Shown piece by piece: positions 10,394 through 19,045 of a DNA stretch of 50,610 nt. A program made the position numbers and the translations under genes. The notes beneath the pieces are model-generated. The model saw only the letters and a list, made by a program, of their open reading frames with translations, was not told the DNA's origin and made no database searches. Source of the DNA: an uncultured Rhodospirillaceae bacterium. Its GTDB lineage: Bacteria > Pseudomonadota > Alphaproteobacteria > UBA9219. The stretch is taken from NCBI GenBank assembly GCA_964626265.1, contig CAZVCG010000005.1, positions 14,651 to 65,260 of the forward strand, given 5' to 3'. The first letter of the stretch is position 1; each line of letters opens with the position of its first letter.

Positions 10394-11716
10394 ATGAAGA
10401 GCGTGAAAAGTCAGGTCCGAGGAGCAGTGTATGGCGTTCTGTTGGCTTCAACCGCGTTGTCGAGCGCTTATGCATATGGCCCCGAAGGCATGTTCGGCGG
10501 CCGCTTAAATCCCGACAGCACGATTGTTCTGAGCAGCCCTGTCGAGATCGAAGCTCGCCCTGCGCGCGCTCAATCGGTTTTGCAACACCCGCGTCCGGAT
10601 TACGACCCCGTTCCGATTACGGTGCGTTCTTTCGAGGTATTTCCGGCTGTTGAAATGGGCTATGCTTACGACTCCAACATCTTTGCCCAAAAGAACAATA
10701 CAACAGACGATCATCTGGCTACGCTTCGCCCCGCCGTTAGCGTGTTTTCGAATTGGAACCGTCATGCTCTTGCGGCCACCGCTTTCGGCGACTTGAACTT
10801 CTTTACGGGCAATCCGGATGAAAACGCCGCCTTGTTTGTGACCGGGCTGCAGGGTCGTTATGACATCATGTCTGAAACATGGCTGGCCGGGCGTCTCGGT
10901 TATCAGCACTTGGCCGAGCCGCGTTCATCGGCGGATGATGCGGGCGGCAGCGAGCCAACGACCTTCAACGTTAGCCGAGGCGGCCTTACCGCATATCGGG
11001 GCATCGGCAAGGTCAAGCTCGAAGGCACGTATGACTTGTCGCGTTATTTCTATAATGACACGCCATCGTCCGTTGGCTTCATCGATCAGAGCTTCCGTGA
11101 TCGCACGTATCACGAGCTGGGCGGCAAGGTCGTTTATGATCTGACGGCGAACTTTAAGCCTTACGTTAAAACAGGCTATAACTGGCGCGTTTATGACAAT
11201 TTCCATACGCACCAATCGCAAGGCTATGAAGCCGTTGTCGGCACGACTGCCGACTTCGGTGGCATCACTTCGGTTGACGCTTACATCGGATGGATGTCGC
11301 AGGATTATGAGAACTTCGGTTCCAATGAAGTGAATGACGGCGTCAAGTTCGGAGGCCGATTGGAGTGGAACGTCACGGGATTGACCTCCCTTGTTCTCGA
11401 GACAAGCCGCACGATTGAAGAAACGACCTTGGCTGGCTTCAATAGCTTTAAGGCCACAGGCGGATCGGCGACTTTAACTCATGAGCTGCGCCGTAATATT
11501 CTTCTCGAAGGCGACTTCTCGTTTACGCGCGACGACTATCATGGAATTGGCGAGCGGTCGGATGATAACATCGCGGCAGGCGGTGGCGTGCGTTATCTCA
11601 TCAACCGGCACCTGTACACGGATCTCGTTTACAGCTGGAACAAGCGCATGAGCGACGATTCGGCGTCTGATTTCTCCAAGCACATCGTAAATGTGCGCTT
11701 GGGAGTGCAGATGTAA
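10394..11716 (+). CDS. EPS-associated outer-membrane beta-barrel protein (BBP2 type)
   Basis: AGGAG SD, signal peptide, 'YDSNIF', alternating beta-strand pattern; immediately upstream of wza. Confidence 0.85.
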   Translation: MKSVKSQVRGAVYGVLLASTALSSAYAYGPEGMFGGRLNPDSTIVLSSPVEIEARPARAQSVLQHPRPDYDPVPITVRSFEVFPAVEMGYAYDSNIFAQKNNTTDDHLATLRPAVSVFSNWNRHALAATAFGDLNFFTGNPDENAALFVTGLQGRYDIMSETWLAGRLGYQHLAEPRSSADDAGGSEPTTFNVSRGGLTAYRGIGKVKLEGTYDLSRYFYNDTPSSVGFIDQSFRDRTYHELGGKVVYDLTANFKPYVKTGYNWRVYDNFHTHQSQGYEAVVGTTADFGGITSVDAYIGWMSQDYENFGSNEVNDGVKFGGRLEWNVTGLTSLVLETSRTIEETTLAGFNSFKATGGSATLTHELRRNILLEGDFSFTRDDYHGIGERSDDNIAAGGGVRYLINRHLYTDLVYSWNKRMSDDSASDFSKHIVNVRLGVQM

Positions 11717-11736
11717 GGGGTCGAGACCGGCAAGGC

Positions 11737-12387
11737 ATGGACATGACAAAGTCTGTAATGAACAATAAATTGCTGGTCTTAATTGTTATCGGCGTGTGCC
11801 TCATAGGCGCTATGGGCCCAACAAGGGCCCAAAGCTCGCGCCCTCGCATGCCAGAGCGTTCTCAGCAAACTCAACAAGACAACGCTATGCACGCGATGCC
11901 GCAAGGCATGGCGGACTCGACGGCGGTCAAGGAATATGTGCTCGGGGTCGGCGATCGTTTGAGGCTTACAGTTTATGGCGAAGACGATTTGTCCGGAGAT
12001 TACGAGGTCAACAGCACGGGCATGGTGGCCTTACCCTTGATCGGCAATATGCAGGCCGCCCAGTTAACCATTCGCAATTTTGAGGAAGCCGTCCGCACGA
12101 AACTCGCTTCAGGCTATTTGCGTGACCCTCGCGTTAGCGTTCAGGTTTCCAACTACCGCCCTTTTTTCATTTTGGGCGAGGTGGCTAAGCCGGGCAGCTA
12201 TCCCTACGTGAATGGCATGAATGTGTTGAACGCCGTGGCCATGGCGGGGGGGTATACTTACCGTGCCGATAAGGACGATGTCGTCATCGTTCATGCCAAC
12301 GACCCCAGCAAAACAGAAGTTAAAGTCCGCGAGGACGCTACGGTTATGCCGGGCGACGTCATTCGCGTTCCAGAAAGATTTTTTTAA
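11737..12387 (+). CDS. Polysaccharide export protein (Wza/Poly_export plus SLBB)
   Basis: 'YVLGVGDRLRLTVYGEDDLSG', 'GEVAKPGSYPY', 'PGDVIRVPERFF'. Confidence 0.92.
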   Translation: MDMTKSVMNNKLLVLIVIGVCLIGAMGPTRAQSSRPRMPERSQQTQQDNAMHAMPQGMADSTAVKEYVLGVGDRLRLTVYGEDDLSGDYEVNSTGMVALPLIGNMQAAQLTIRNFEEAVRTKLASGYLRDPRVSVQVSNYRPFFILGEVAKPGSYPYVNGMNVLNAVAMAGGYTYRADKDDVVIVHANDPSKTEVKVREDATVMPGDVIRVPERFF

Positions 12388-12452
12388 GCGCCGGAATTTT
12401 GCCGGATTATTTTGTAAGACGACTAATATTTTAAGAAAGAAGGACGACCATC

Positions 12453-14663
12453 ATGCTAGCACCTAAAACGCCACCGGCTTTGGTGGACAACGCGGCTTTG
12501 CCGGGCCCGGCGATCGCCGCTTCGCTCGACCCTTTCTTCCGCAACATGGATTTACGCGAGGCCGCGCGATTATTGCGCCGCCGCCTAAATCTCATTATTA
12601 GCATTACTGTCGGCGGCGCGGCCCTGGCGTTGCTGGTCGCATTGTTGCTGACGCCTCAATACCGCTCCGAAGCGGTAATCATGCTTGATCCCCGCCAGAC
12701 CAAGGTCGTCGACAGCGGCCCCGTCGTGTCGGGCTTGCCGGCGGAAAACGCCGTGGTGCGCAGTGAAATGGACATTTTGACGTCGCGCACTATCCTTGAA
12801 CGAGTCATTAAAAAGCTTGAGTTGGAACAGGATCCCGAATTTCTTCCACGCAGCTTGTCGCGGTCTTTAAACCCTCTGAACTTGTTTCGCCGTTCCGTTC
12901 CGACGGAAGAACAGGCCGCGCGCATGCGTACGGAAGTCGTGCAAAACATGCAAAAACGGCTTCATGTAGTCAACGACGGCCGTTCATACAGCATCAATGT
13001 TTCCTTCGAATCCAAAGAACCGGCAAAGGCTGCGAAAATCGCAAATGCCATAGCTGACGAATACCTCGTCGACCAGCTTGAAACAAAATATGAGGCAACC
13101 GCCCGCGCCAATAAATGGCTTGATGAACGTCTTTCGTCTCTTAAGGTTAAGGTCGAGGAATCCGAAAAGGCTGTCGAACAATTCCGTCAAAAGACAAAAC
13201 TGATCGACATTGCAGGTTCCACGATTTCCGCGCGTCAAATGGAATCCATCAATTCCCAACTTACGGCTGCTCGGGGCGAAACATCAAAAGCCGAGGCGCG
13301 GTTGCGCAGCATTCAAAGCATGCTGAACTCGAAAGAAGGCGTGAATGGCGCAGCGGACGTTCTGGGGTCGCCTTTGATCCAAAACCTGAGGCAGCAGGAA
13401 GCTCAAATCCGCAGCCGCGAGGCGGAAATGGCTTCGCGATATGGCGCGTTGCATCCCAAGATGATCAACGCCCAGGCGGAACGGCGTGAATTGCAAAGCA
13501 AAATCGCCGAGGAAGTGCATAAAATCGTCCTTTCTCTTGGCAACGAAGTAGATGTGGCCCGCGCCAAAGAAAGGCAGATGGAGGCGGATCTTCGCAAGCT
13601 TGAAGAAAGGGCGGGCGTCGAGATGCGCGACAGCGTAACGCTCAACCAACTGCAGCGCGAAGCTCAGGCGAACAGAACGCTTTATGAAAACTTTCTTAAC
13701 CGTTTCAAACAAACAAGCGAGCAAAAAGACCTGCAGACGCCCGATGCGCGGATCATCGCTCGCGCCGAACCGCCGATTGAAGCGGCTTTTCCGGTTATTT
13801 GGCTGTTTTTGCTGGTTGGGGCGATTGTCGGAGCGGCCATCGGCGTGGTCTTGGCTTACCTGACGGAATACTTTGATCGCGGCTTCCGCGGCGTAAGCCA
13901 GCTGGAAGAAGTCAGCGGCTTACCGGTCATCGGCATTGTGCCGAGTTTGGCCAAGGTCAGCGCGCGTTCAGTCGAGGACTACGTGGTCGATAAACCCCAT
14001 TCAGCCTATGCCGAGGCTTTGCGTACGGTGCGTACGGCCATCCACTTCTCCAACGTCGATAACCCGCCGAAAACGGTAATGGTGACCAGCTCGATGCCCA
14101 AAGAAGGCAAGACCAGCTTCTGCCTGTCCATGGGCCGCGCGCTGGCCAAGGGCGGCAACAAGATTCTGCTGATCGACGCCGACTTGCGCCGTCCCCGCAT
14201 CGCCGATGTGCTGAACCTTAACAAGAAAAACGGAGGTTTGGCGGGCCTGCTTGCAGGTCGCAAGACGCTTGAAGCGGTTTTACAAAAGGATCCGGTCGTC
14301 AAGAACCTCGACATTATTCCGGCCGTCGGCAAGACAGCTAATGCCCAGAATCTGCTGAGTTCGCAGCAAATGCGCAAGATGCTGAGCGAATTAACATCAA
14401 AATACGATCTTGTGATCATCGACTCGCCGCCTATTTTGGCAGTGGCGGATGCAGCCATGATCGCGCGCGTCGTTGACACGTCGATCTTTTTGGTGCGTTG
14501 GGCGACTACCCCGCGTGACACAGCGGCCCAAGCGTTGAAGCAGCTTTACGCGTTTGGCTGCAAAATGGCGGGCGTAGTGTTGACCCAGGTGGATACAACT
14601 GAACACGCCAAATATGGCGAAGGCTATTATCACCAGGAATATGCAGCCTACTACACCAATTAA
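12453..14663 (+). CDS. wzc: Wzc/GumC-family polysaccharide co-polymerase with tyrosine autokinase domain
   Basis: Two TM helices flanking a coiled coil; Walker A 'SSMPKEGKT', 'IDADLRRP', 'IIDSPP'; C-terminal Tyr cluster. Confidence 0.92.
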   Translation: MLAPKTPPALVDNAALPGPAIAASLDPFFRNMDLREAARLLRRRLNLIISITVGGAALALLVALLLTPQYRSEAVIMLDPRQTKVVDSGPVVSGLPAENAVVRSEMDILTSRTILERVIKKLELEQDPEFLPRSLSRSLNPLNLFRRSVPTEEQAARMRTEVVQNMQKRLHVVNDGRSYSINVSFESKEPAKAAKIANAIADEYLVDQLETKYEATARANKWLDERLSSLKVKVEESEKAVEQFRQKTKLIDIAGSTISARQMESINSQLTAARGETSKAEARLRSIQSMLNSKEGVNGAADVLGSPLIQNLRQQEAQIRSREAEMASRYGALHPKMINAQAERRELQSKIAEEVHKIVLSLGNEVDVARAKERQMEADLRKLEERAGVEMRDSVTLNQLQREAQANRTLYENFLNRFKQTSEQKDLQTPDARIIARAEPPIEAAFPVIWLFLLVGAIVGAAIGVVLAYLTEYFDRGFRGVSQLEEVSGLPVIGIVPSLAKVSARSVEDYVVDKPHSAYAEALRTVRTAIHFSNVDNPPKTVMVTSSMPKEGKTSFCLSMGRALAKGGNKILLIDADLRRPRIADVLNLNKKNGGLAGLLAGRKTLEAVLQKDPVVKNLDIIPAVGKTANAQNLLSSQQMRKMLSELTSKYDLVIIDSPPILAVADAAMIARVVDTSIFLVRWATTPRDTAAQALKQLYAFGCKMAGVVLTQVDTTEHAKYGEGYYHQEYAAYYTN

Positions 14664-15555
14664 ACCGGCGGTGAAGTCTTCAACGCTTGCCGAGCATTGG
14701 AAACTTTCGCTGGGATTTGCAGCTCTCGGCGCGCTCCTGCTCGGGGTTGCTCTGCCTGCGGCCGGCGCGCGCATCATCCAGTTATTCGCGGAAGACACGC
14801 ATCAAAGCATTCTCAACAACAAATCCGTAAGCCATACGGAGCTTGAGAAATACATCGCAACGCGTAAGCAGGCATTGGCTTTGCGAGAGACAGGCGTGAC
14901 ACAAGACGATTTGGCCATCGCCTTGATGCTTCGAGCTCATGCCAACATGGTTAACGCAGCCGTCGCTCAAAACGACATGAAAGAAGCTACGGTCTGGCAA
15001 ACCTTGTCTTTGGCCCGGGCTCCGGCCAATGCTTTCGGCTGGATGCGGCTCGCTACGTTGCAGGCCCAAAGCGAGGGCGTTTCGCAGCTTGCGGCTGCGG
15101 CGCTCGCTTTGTCGCTGGAAACGGCGCCTTATGAGCCAACCTTATCTTTGCCGCGTTTAAATCTGGCCATGATGCTTTATGGCGAACTCAGCGCGGATAC
15201 GAAGGAGAGAATTCCATCCTTGGTCCGAGCCGCATGGGAGAACGAACCCGAACAACTTGCTGAGACTGCCGAGCGCGATCATTACGTTAGCGTGGTCGAA
15301 CAAGCTATAATGAACGACAAAACGGCATTGGCGGCCTTTCGAGATCTATTGCCCAGCAAAAAGAAGGCGGATGAAGAAGCTGCTGCGCGTGAAGTGGAAA
15401 CCGGGCAAGACGAAACAGAAAATCCATCGTATGCTGCCGAAGAAGAACCCGGCGAACAGAAGCCTGCCGTCAGCAAAGCCAAAAACAAAACCAGACATCC
15501 AATAGAACACCGCCGCAAAAAACTCCCCACAAGCGAGGACGAAACCTCCGAATAG
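14641..15555 (+). CDS. Membrane-anchored alpha-helical (TPR-like) hypothetical protein
   Basis: AGGA SD before ATG at 14641 overlapping the wzc end; N-terminal TM; helical repeats; charged disordered tail. Confidence 0.65.
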   Translation: MQPTTPIKPAVKSSTLAEHWKLSLGFAALGALLLGVALPAAGARIIQLFAEDTHQSILNNKSVSHTELEKYIATRKQALALRETGVTQDDLAIALMLRAHANMVNAAVAQNDMKEATVWQTLSLARAPANAFGWMRLATLQAQSEGVSQLAAAALALSLETAPYEPTLSLPRLNLAMMLYGELSADTKERIPSLVRAAWENEPEQLAETAERDHYVSVVEQAIMNDKTALAAFRDLLPSKKKADEEAAAREVETGQDETENPSYAAEEEPGEQKPAVSKAKNKTRHPIEHRRKKLPTSEDETSE

Positions 15556-15699
15556 GCTTTATCGTTTGCGCTGCGTTGCAACATTGAGGCATTTGAACAA
15601 CTTGCGTGGTTAAAAGGGGCTGAACCCAAACCCATGATATCATTGAATTAATATTTATTGCTTGTCGAGAGCTACCAAAAAGCGGTATTTTTGCAGCGC

Positions 15700-15790
15700 G
15701 GAAACAGGTCCATGGCGATACTGGCCGCAGCGCTTTTATGGCGTTTCCTCCCTGAACTTTTAGGCCGCGGCTTGTCCGCGGCCTTTTTTT
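15700..15790 (+). ncRNA. SuhB/alpha-r8 (MmgR-like) small RNA; 5' end approximate
   Basis: Family decamer TTTCCTCCCT at 15744-15753 directly before a GC-rich intrinsic terminator, in an intergenic region. Confidence 0.75.
15762..15790 (+). terminator. Rho-independent terminator
   Basis: AGGCCGCGG-cttgt-CCGCGGCCT followed by a T-run. Confidence 0.9.
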
Positions 15791-15898
15791 GACAATGGCT
15801 GTATATCCGGCTCGAACTGAAAGACAAAGCGTTGCGCGCCGCCGCGTGGAATGCTACATCCTGCCTTCCGGTTTTCAGTCCGTTCTGGCTGACAGATT

Positions 15899-15973
15899 GG
15901 GTGCGTAGCTCAGCGGGAGAGCACTACCTTGACATGGTAGGGGTCACAGGTTCAATCCCTGTCGCACCCACCA
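15899..15973 (+). tRNA. tRNA-Val(GAC)
   Basis: 75-nt cloverleaf; acceptor GGGTGCG/CGCACCC; anticodon arm CTACC-TTGACAT-GGTAG; GGTTCAATCC; encoded CCA. Confidence 0.98.
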
Positions 15974-15981
15974 CTTTTTGG

Positions 15982-16155
15982 GGATCTACCCCAAAGGTTG
16001 GGGCACTGAGGATTTAGTCATAGGCCGATCTCCTTGAGGTGGCCACACAAAACGATCACCCGTAATCGGTAATTCTCGAAGTTTCGGAAGCCATAAGCAC
16101 GGCGCTGGATGAGCTTCATCTTGCGATGAAAGCCCTTGGTGATGCCGTTGCTGTA
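15982..16155 (-). mobile_element. ISL3-family transposase C-terminal remnant with probable right end
   Basis: 'SNGITKGFHRKMKLIQRRAYGFRNFENYRLRV' is the conserved ISL3 C-terminus. A GGATCT-type end lies at 15982. The rest of the transposase is absent. Confidence 0.8.
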
Positions 16156-16725
16156 GGGGGACACAATAAAAATGGCTCCGCCAATCATTTGGCTTTTGAA
16201 CGGCCTTCTGTTGCCTTTTTTCTTGTGTCCCCATTGCTTCCTTTCATCTGCTTGTTGATCCAATAAAAAGATAAACGGCAATAATATCGATCGATTAGGC
16301 TTCATGTTGGGGTCGAGAAGGATTGCAAAAACATTTTTTGTGAGGTCGATATGGGCCGAAGCGAGGAGTTTGTTGATTGTCTCAAGGACTCGCTGGAAGA
16401 TTGATTTCGCCAATCGTCCATGTTTTTCACCGCCGTCTCTTTGAGTTTTGTTCCCTAAAATCCCGTTTTATATGCGACTGCCGCCGCGAGCATCGTTGCC
16501 GCCAGCCATGTCAGCGTTTTACGTCTTGTCGCGGCAAGGTGGAGGCGCTTTTCTGTGAAACCGGATAAGGTTTTGGACAGTATCTCTTGTATTTTGGGCT
16601 CCTTCCTTGACGGGAAAGAACCCTTGCCTTGAATCAATTCAGGGCTTTATCCAAATGTGTCCGGTACTGTGGGTGTTTCCTAACCGACATGTCTTTCCTT
16701 TTCTTTCAAATTGCAATGGAGTTCG

Positions 16726-17145
16726 TCACTTGACGACCAGAACAGGACACGGCGCAAGCTGGACCAGCCGGTTAGTCGTGCCTCCGATCACTCTATTATA
16801 GAGTGCGGAATGCCCCATAAATCCGATGATCAAAAGATCGATGGCCTTACGTTCGATAAAATTGACTATTTTCGGCACGACATGGCCAGAAGTAAGATGC
16901 ACATCAAATTTGACTTGCGCTTCTTTGGCCTTTGCGCGCGCATGACCCGTTATCCGGTTGAACTTCCCGTTCAGGTCTTTCTTTTCCTCGATCATTTCAT
17001 CCATGGAGGAGGGAAAGCTGGGCAATTCCTCCACACAGATCATCGTCAATTCCGCTTTATATTGCCGTGCAAGAGCAAGAGCGGCGTCGAATGCCTTCGC
17101 CGCTCCCTCAGAGCCGTCACTGGCGATCAGGATTTTTTTGAACAT
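16726..17145 (-). CDS. Universal stress protein (UspA family)
   Basis: 'FKKILIASDGS', 'DLLIIGFMG', 'GGTTNRLVQLAPCPVLVVK'; GGAGG SD. Confidence 0.95.
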   Translation of the reverse strand: MFKKILIASDGSEGAAKAFDAALALARQYKAELTMICVEELPSFPSSMDEMIEEKKDLNGKFNRITGHARAKAKEAQVKFDVHLTSGHVVPKIVNFIERKAIDLLIIGFMGHSALYNRVIGGTTNRLVQLAPCPVLVVK

Positions 17146-17148
17146 GTT

Positions 17149-18321
17149 CTAAGCCTCCTTTTTGAGATTTGCTGGCGCAGGCGCGGCTTGATCCTCGATG
17201 CGGCGTCCTGGGCTGGGCTGGAACCAGCGCTGGGCGATTAGCGTAGGAACTACGGCGCTGCCGATTACGGCGGTAACCAAGATTGTGTACTGATGTTTGT
17301 CGATGATGTTGTTGGTGAGGCCGAACAAGGCCGAGATCGTGCCAAAAGTCAGGCCCGTGGACATCAGCAGCGTCGTATACATGCCCTCGCGTTTTTTAAA
17401 ATGGAAAACATTCGTCAGCGGCAAAATGCCAATAAACTTCGTCGCCATCTTGATAACGAGAAACACGGCGATTAACTGGGAGGAAGTAACGACCGCGTGA
17501 AAATCGACGAGCGACCCCGCTTTCAGAAAATAGAAAGGCGTTAATATCGTGAAGGCAATGATCCGCATACGGTGAGGCAGTTCAGGATCGGCGAGAAAAG
17601 CCGGAGCCAACGCCATGCCGACGAGATAGGCAGGTAAAACAGCTTCACTTCCTGCAAGAGTCGCCATGCCGCCCAGGCCGAGCAGTATCAGCGCGACAAA
17701 TTTGGTTTCGGGTTCACTGACCCTGTGGCCGACTTTGCCGAAAAACCACGGCGCGAAACGCGGCAGTAAAAATAGCGCTATGGCCGTCAATGCGCCAAAT
17801 ATCGCCATAAGGTAATCGAAGTGTGCGAAAACAATGCCAAGAGCGAGCACTGTGCCGAGATCGTTAATGAAGCAGGCCGCGAGAATGATTTTGCCCATCT
17901 CGGTCTTGTTGTAGCCCGTATCGACCATGACCGCGTAAACGACTGCAACCGAAGTAGTGGAAAGAGAAATCGCGGCAATCTGAGCTTCCGGCCATCCCCA
18001 GCCGATGAAGTAATGCGCGTAAATAAGGACGCCAAGGTAGGGAGACAGAAAGCCGATGACACCTATGCTCATGCTCGACCAGAAGTGCCTTCGAACGACT
18101 CTGCTGTCGATTTCAGTTCCGGCGAGGAAGGTAAGAAGGATCGCGCCAAACCCGGCAAGAAAATTGACCCATTGGGTAATCTCAAGCCCGATAAAATTGC
18201 CGGCTATGGCCCCTACCATAATCTCGACAAGAGCCACCGACATGGCGACCCGAATTGAGATGATTGAAGCCAGCAGCGCGAGGCCCAACCAAAGAGATGA
18301 GGCCAGCCATACGTTGTCCAT
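17149..18321 (-). CDS. Cation:proton antiporter (CPA2/Na_H_Exchanger family)
   Basis: About 12 TM segments; 'LSTTSVAVV', 'CFINDLG', 'TPFYFLKAG'. Confidence 0.9.
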   Translation of the reverse strand: MDNVWLASSLWLGLALLASIISIRVAMSVALVEIMVGAIAGNFIGLEITQWVNFLAGFGAILLTFLAGTEIDSRVVRRHFWSSMSIGVIGFLSPYLGVLIYAHYFIGWGWPEAQIAAISLSTTSVAVVYAVMVDTGYNKTEMGKIILAACFINDLGTVLALGIVFAHFDYLMAIFGALTAIALFLLPRFAPWFFGKVGHRVSEPETKFVALILLGLGGMATLAGSEAVLPAYLVGMALAPAFLADPELPHRMRIIAFTILTPFYFLKAGSLVDFHAVVTSSQLIAVFLVIKMATKFIGILPLTNVFHFKKREGMYTTLLMSTGLTFGTISALFGLTNNIIDKHQYTILVTAVIGSAVVPTLIAQRWFQPSPGRRIEDQAAPAPANLKKEA

Positions 18322-18352
18322 TAGACGCTCCTGTGGTGTTTTGTTTTTAGCA

Positions 18353-18400
18353 CAGGAGTCATCAGCCCTAAGGGCGTTTGAAGGGGAACTCCATCCCCTT
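18353..18400 (-). promoter_or_regulatory. Fluoride riboswitch (crcB motif), copy RS1
   Basis: Minus strand GGGGATGGAGTTCCCC-TTCAAAC-GCCC-TTA-GGGC-TGATGACTCCTG: P1, P2, GGAGT/ACTCC pseudoknot and TGATGAC all fit the consensus; about 30 nt upstream of the antiporter ATG. Confidence 0.93.
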
Positions 18401-18434
18401 GGGGACGTTATAGGAGATTCTTCTTATCAGTAAA

Positions 18435-18851
18435 TTATACAACTTCCAATTCAAAAAATGGTCGTTTACCTTGCGTCCTTCGGGCTTTTGCACAGCTTTC
18501 CCGGATCTTTTGAGCCGCGCTTCCCTGTCCATTTTTTGACAGCCCATTCATTGCTCCGATCGCTTCAATGATAGCTGCTTGTTGAAAAGGCGAGAAATCC
18601 TTGATAAACGCGATGCACTTTTCCGCAAACCCGGCATCAGACAATATTTCAACGACGCGGGGTTTGGACAATAAAGCCGCCCGATTTTCCGTTTCCTGTT
18701 TACCCAACCAAGCAACCGTCTTTTCTGCGGTCCCGTTTTTCACAAGATCGTACACATGAAATGGAAAAACAGAAACATGTTCAGGGTCTCCCGAATTAAA
18801 AGGGGTTTCCCCGATATACAGTTCGTCGTTTTTGAATGATAGACTAATCAC
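18435..18851 (-). CDS. Hypothetical protein (138 aa)
   Basis: GTG start at 18851 after GGAGG. The longer ORF-track start lies inside the riboswitch platform. Confidence 0.65.
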   Translation of the reverse strand: MISLSFKNDELYIGETPFNSGDPEHVSVFPFHVYDLVKNGTAEKTVAWLGKQETENRAALLSKPRVVEILSDAGFAEKCIAFIKDFSPFQQAAIIEAIGAMNGLSKNGQGSAAQKIRESCAKARRTQGKRPFFELEVV

Positions 18852-18896
18852 AGTTCCTCCAACGTTAACATCGTTGTTATACGCGTGGAAAGGGCA

Positions 18897-18921
18897 TAAA
18901 AAAACCGCCGTATGGCAGTTT
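18897..18921 (-). terminator. Intrinsic terminator in the RS2 leader
   Basis: Minus strand AAACTGCC-ATAC-GGCGGTTT followed by TTTT. Confidence 0.7.
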
Positions 18922-18956
18922 ATCGATAAAACTCCTACCACACGCATTCCACGTAG

Positions 18957-19004
18957 CAGGAGTCATCAGCCCTAAGGGCGTTTGAAGGGGAACTCCATCC
19001 CCTT
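18957..19004 (-). promoter_or_regulatory. Fluoride riboswitch, copy RS2
   Basis: Identical over 48 bp to RS1. Confidence 0.93.
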
Positions 19005-19016
19005 TTGATCCTAGAA

Positions 19017-19045
19017 ACGCTAGCCGATCCAGATGGACTCGTCAA
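19017..19045 (-). promoter_or_regulatory. Putative sigma70 promoter for RS2
   Basis: TTGACG-N17-TAGCGT; the -10 ends 12 nt before the aptamer. Confidence 0.6.

Noticed and set aside
15832-16017. 61-aa ORF
   Set aside because: Overlaps tRNA-Val; spurious.
16018-16413. 131-aa ORF as a functional gene
   Set aside because: Chance fusion of low-information sequence to the ISL3 C-terminal fragment.
18852-18947. ORF-track N-terminal extensions (also 21910-21987, 22214-22294, 23739-23855)
   Set aside because: They run through riboswitch platforms or the upstream gene; downstream starts have better SDs or stop/start overlaps.
18353-19004. 48-bp direct repeat as a CRISPR array or IS ends
   Set aside because: Only two copies, separated by a whole gene; no cas or transposase; the sequence is fully explained as a fluoride aptamer.
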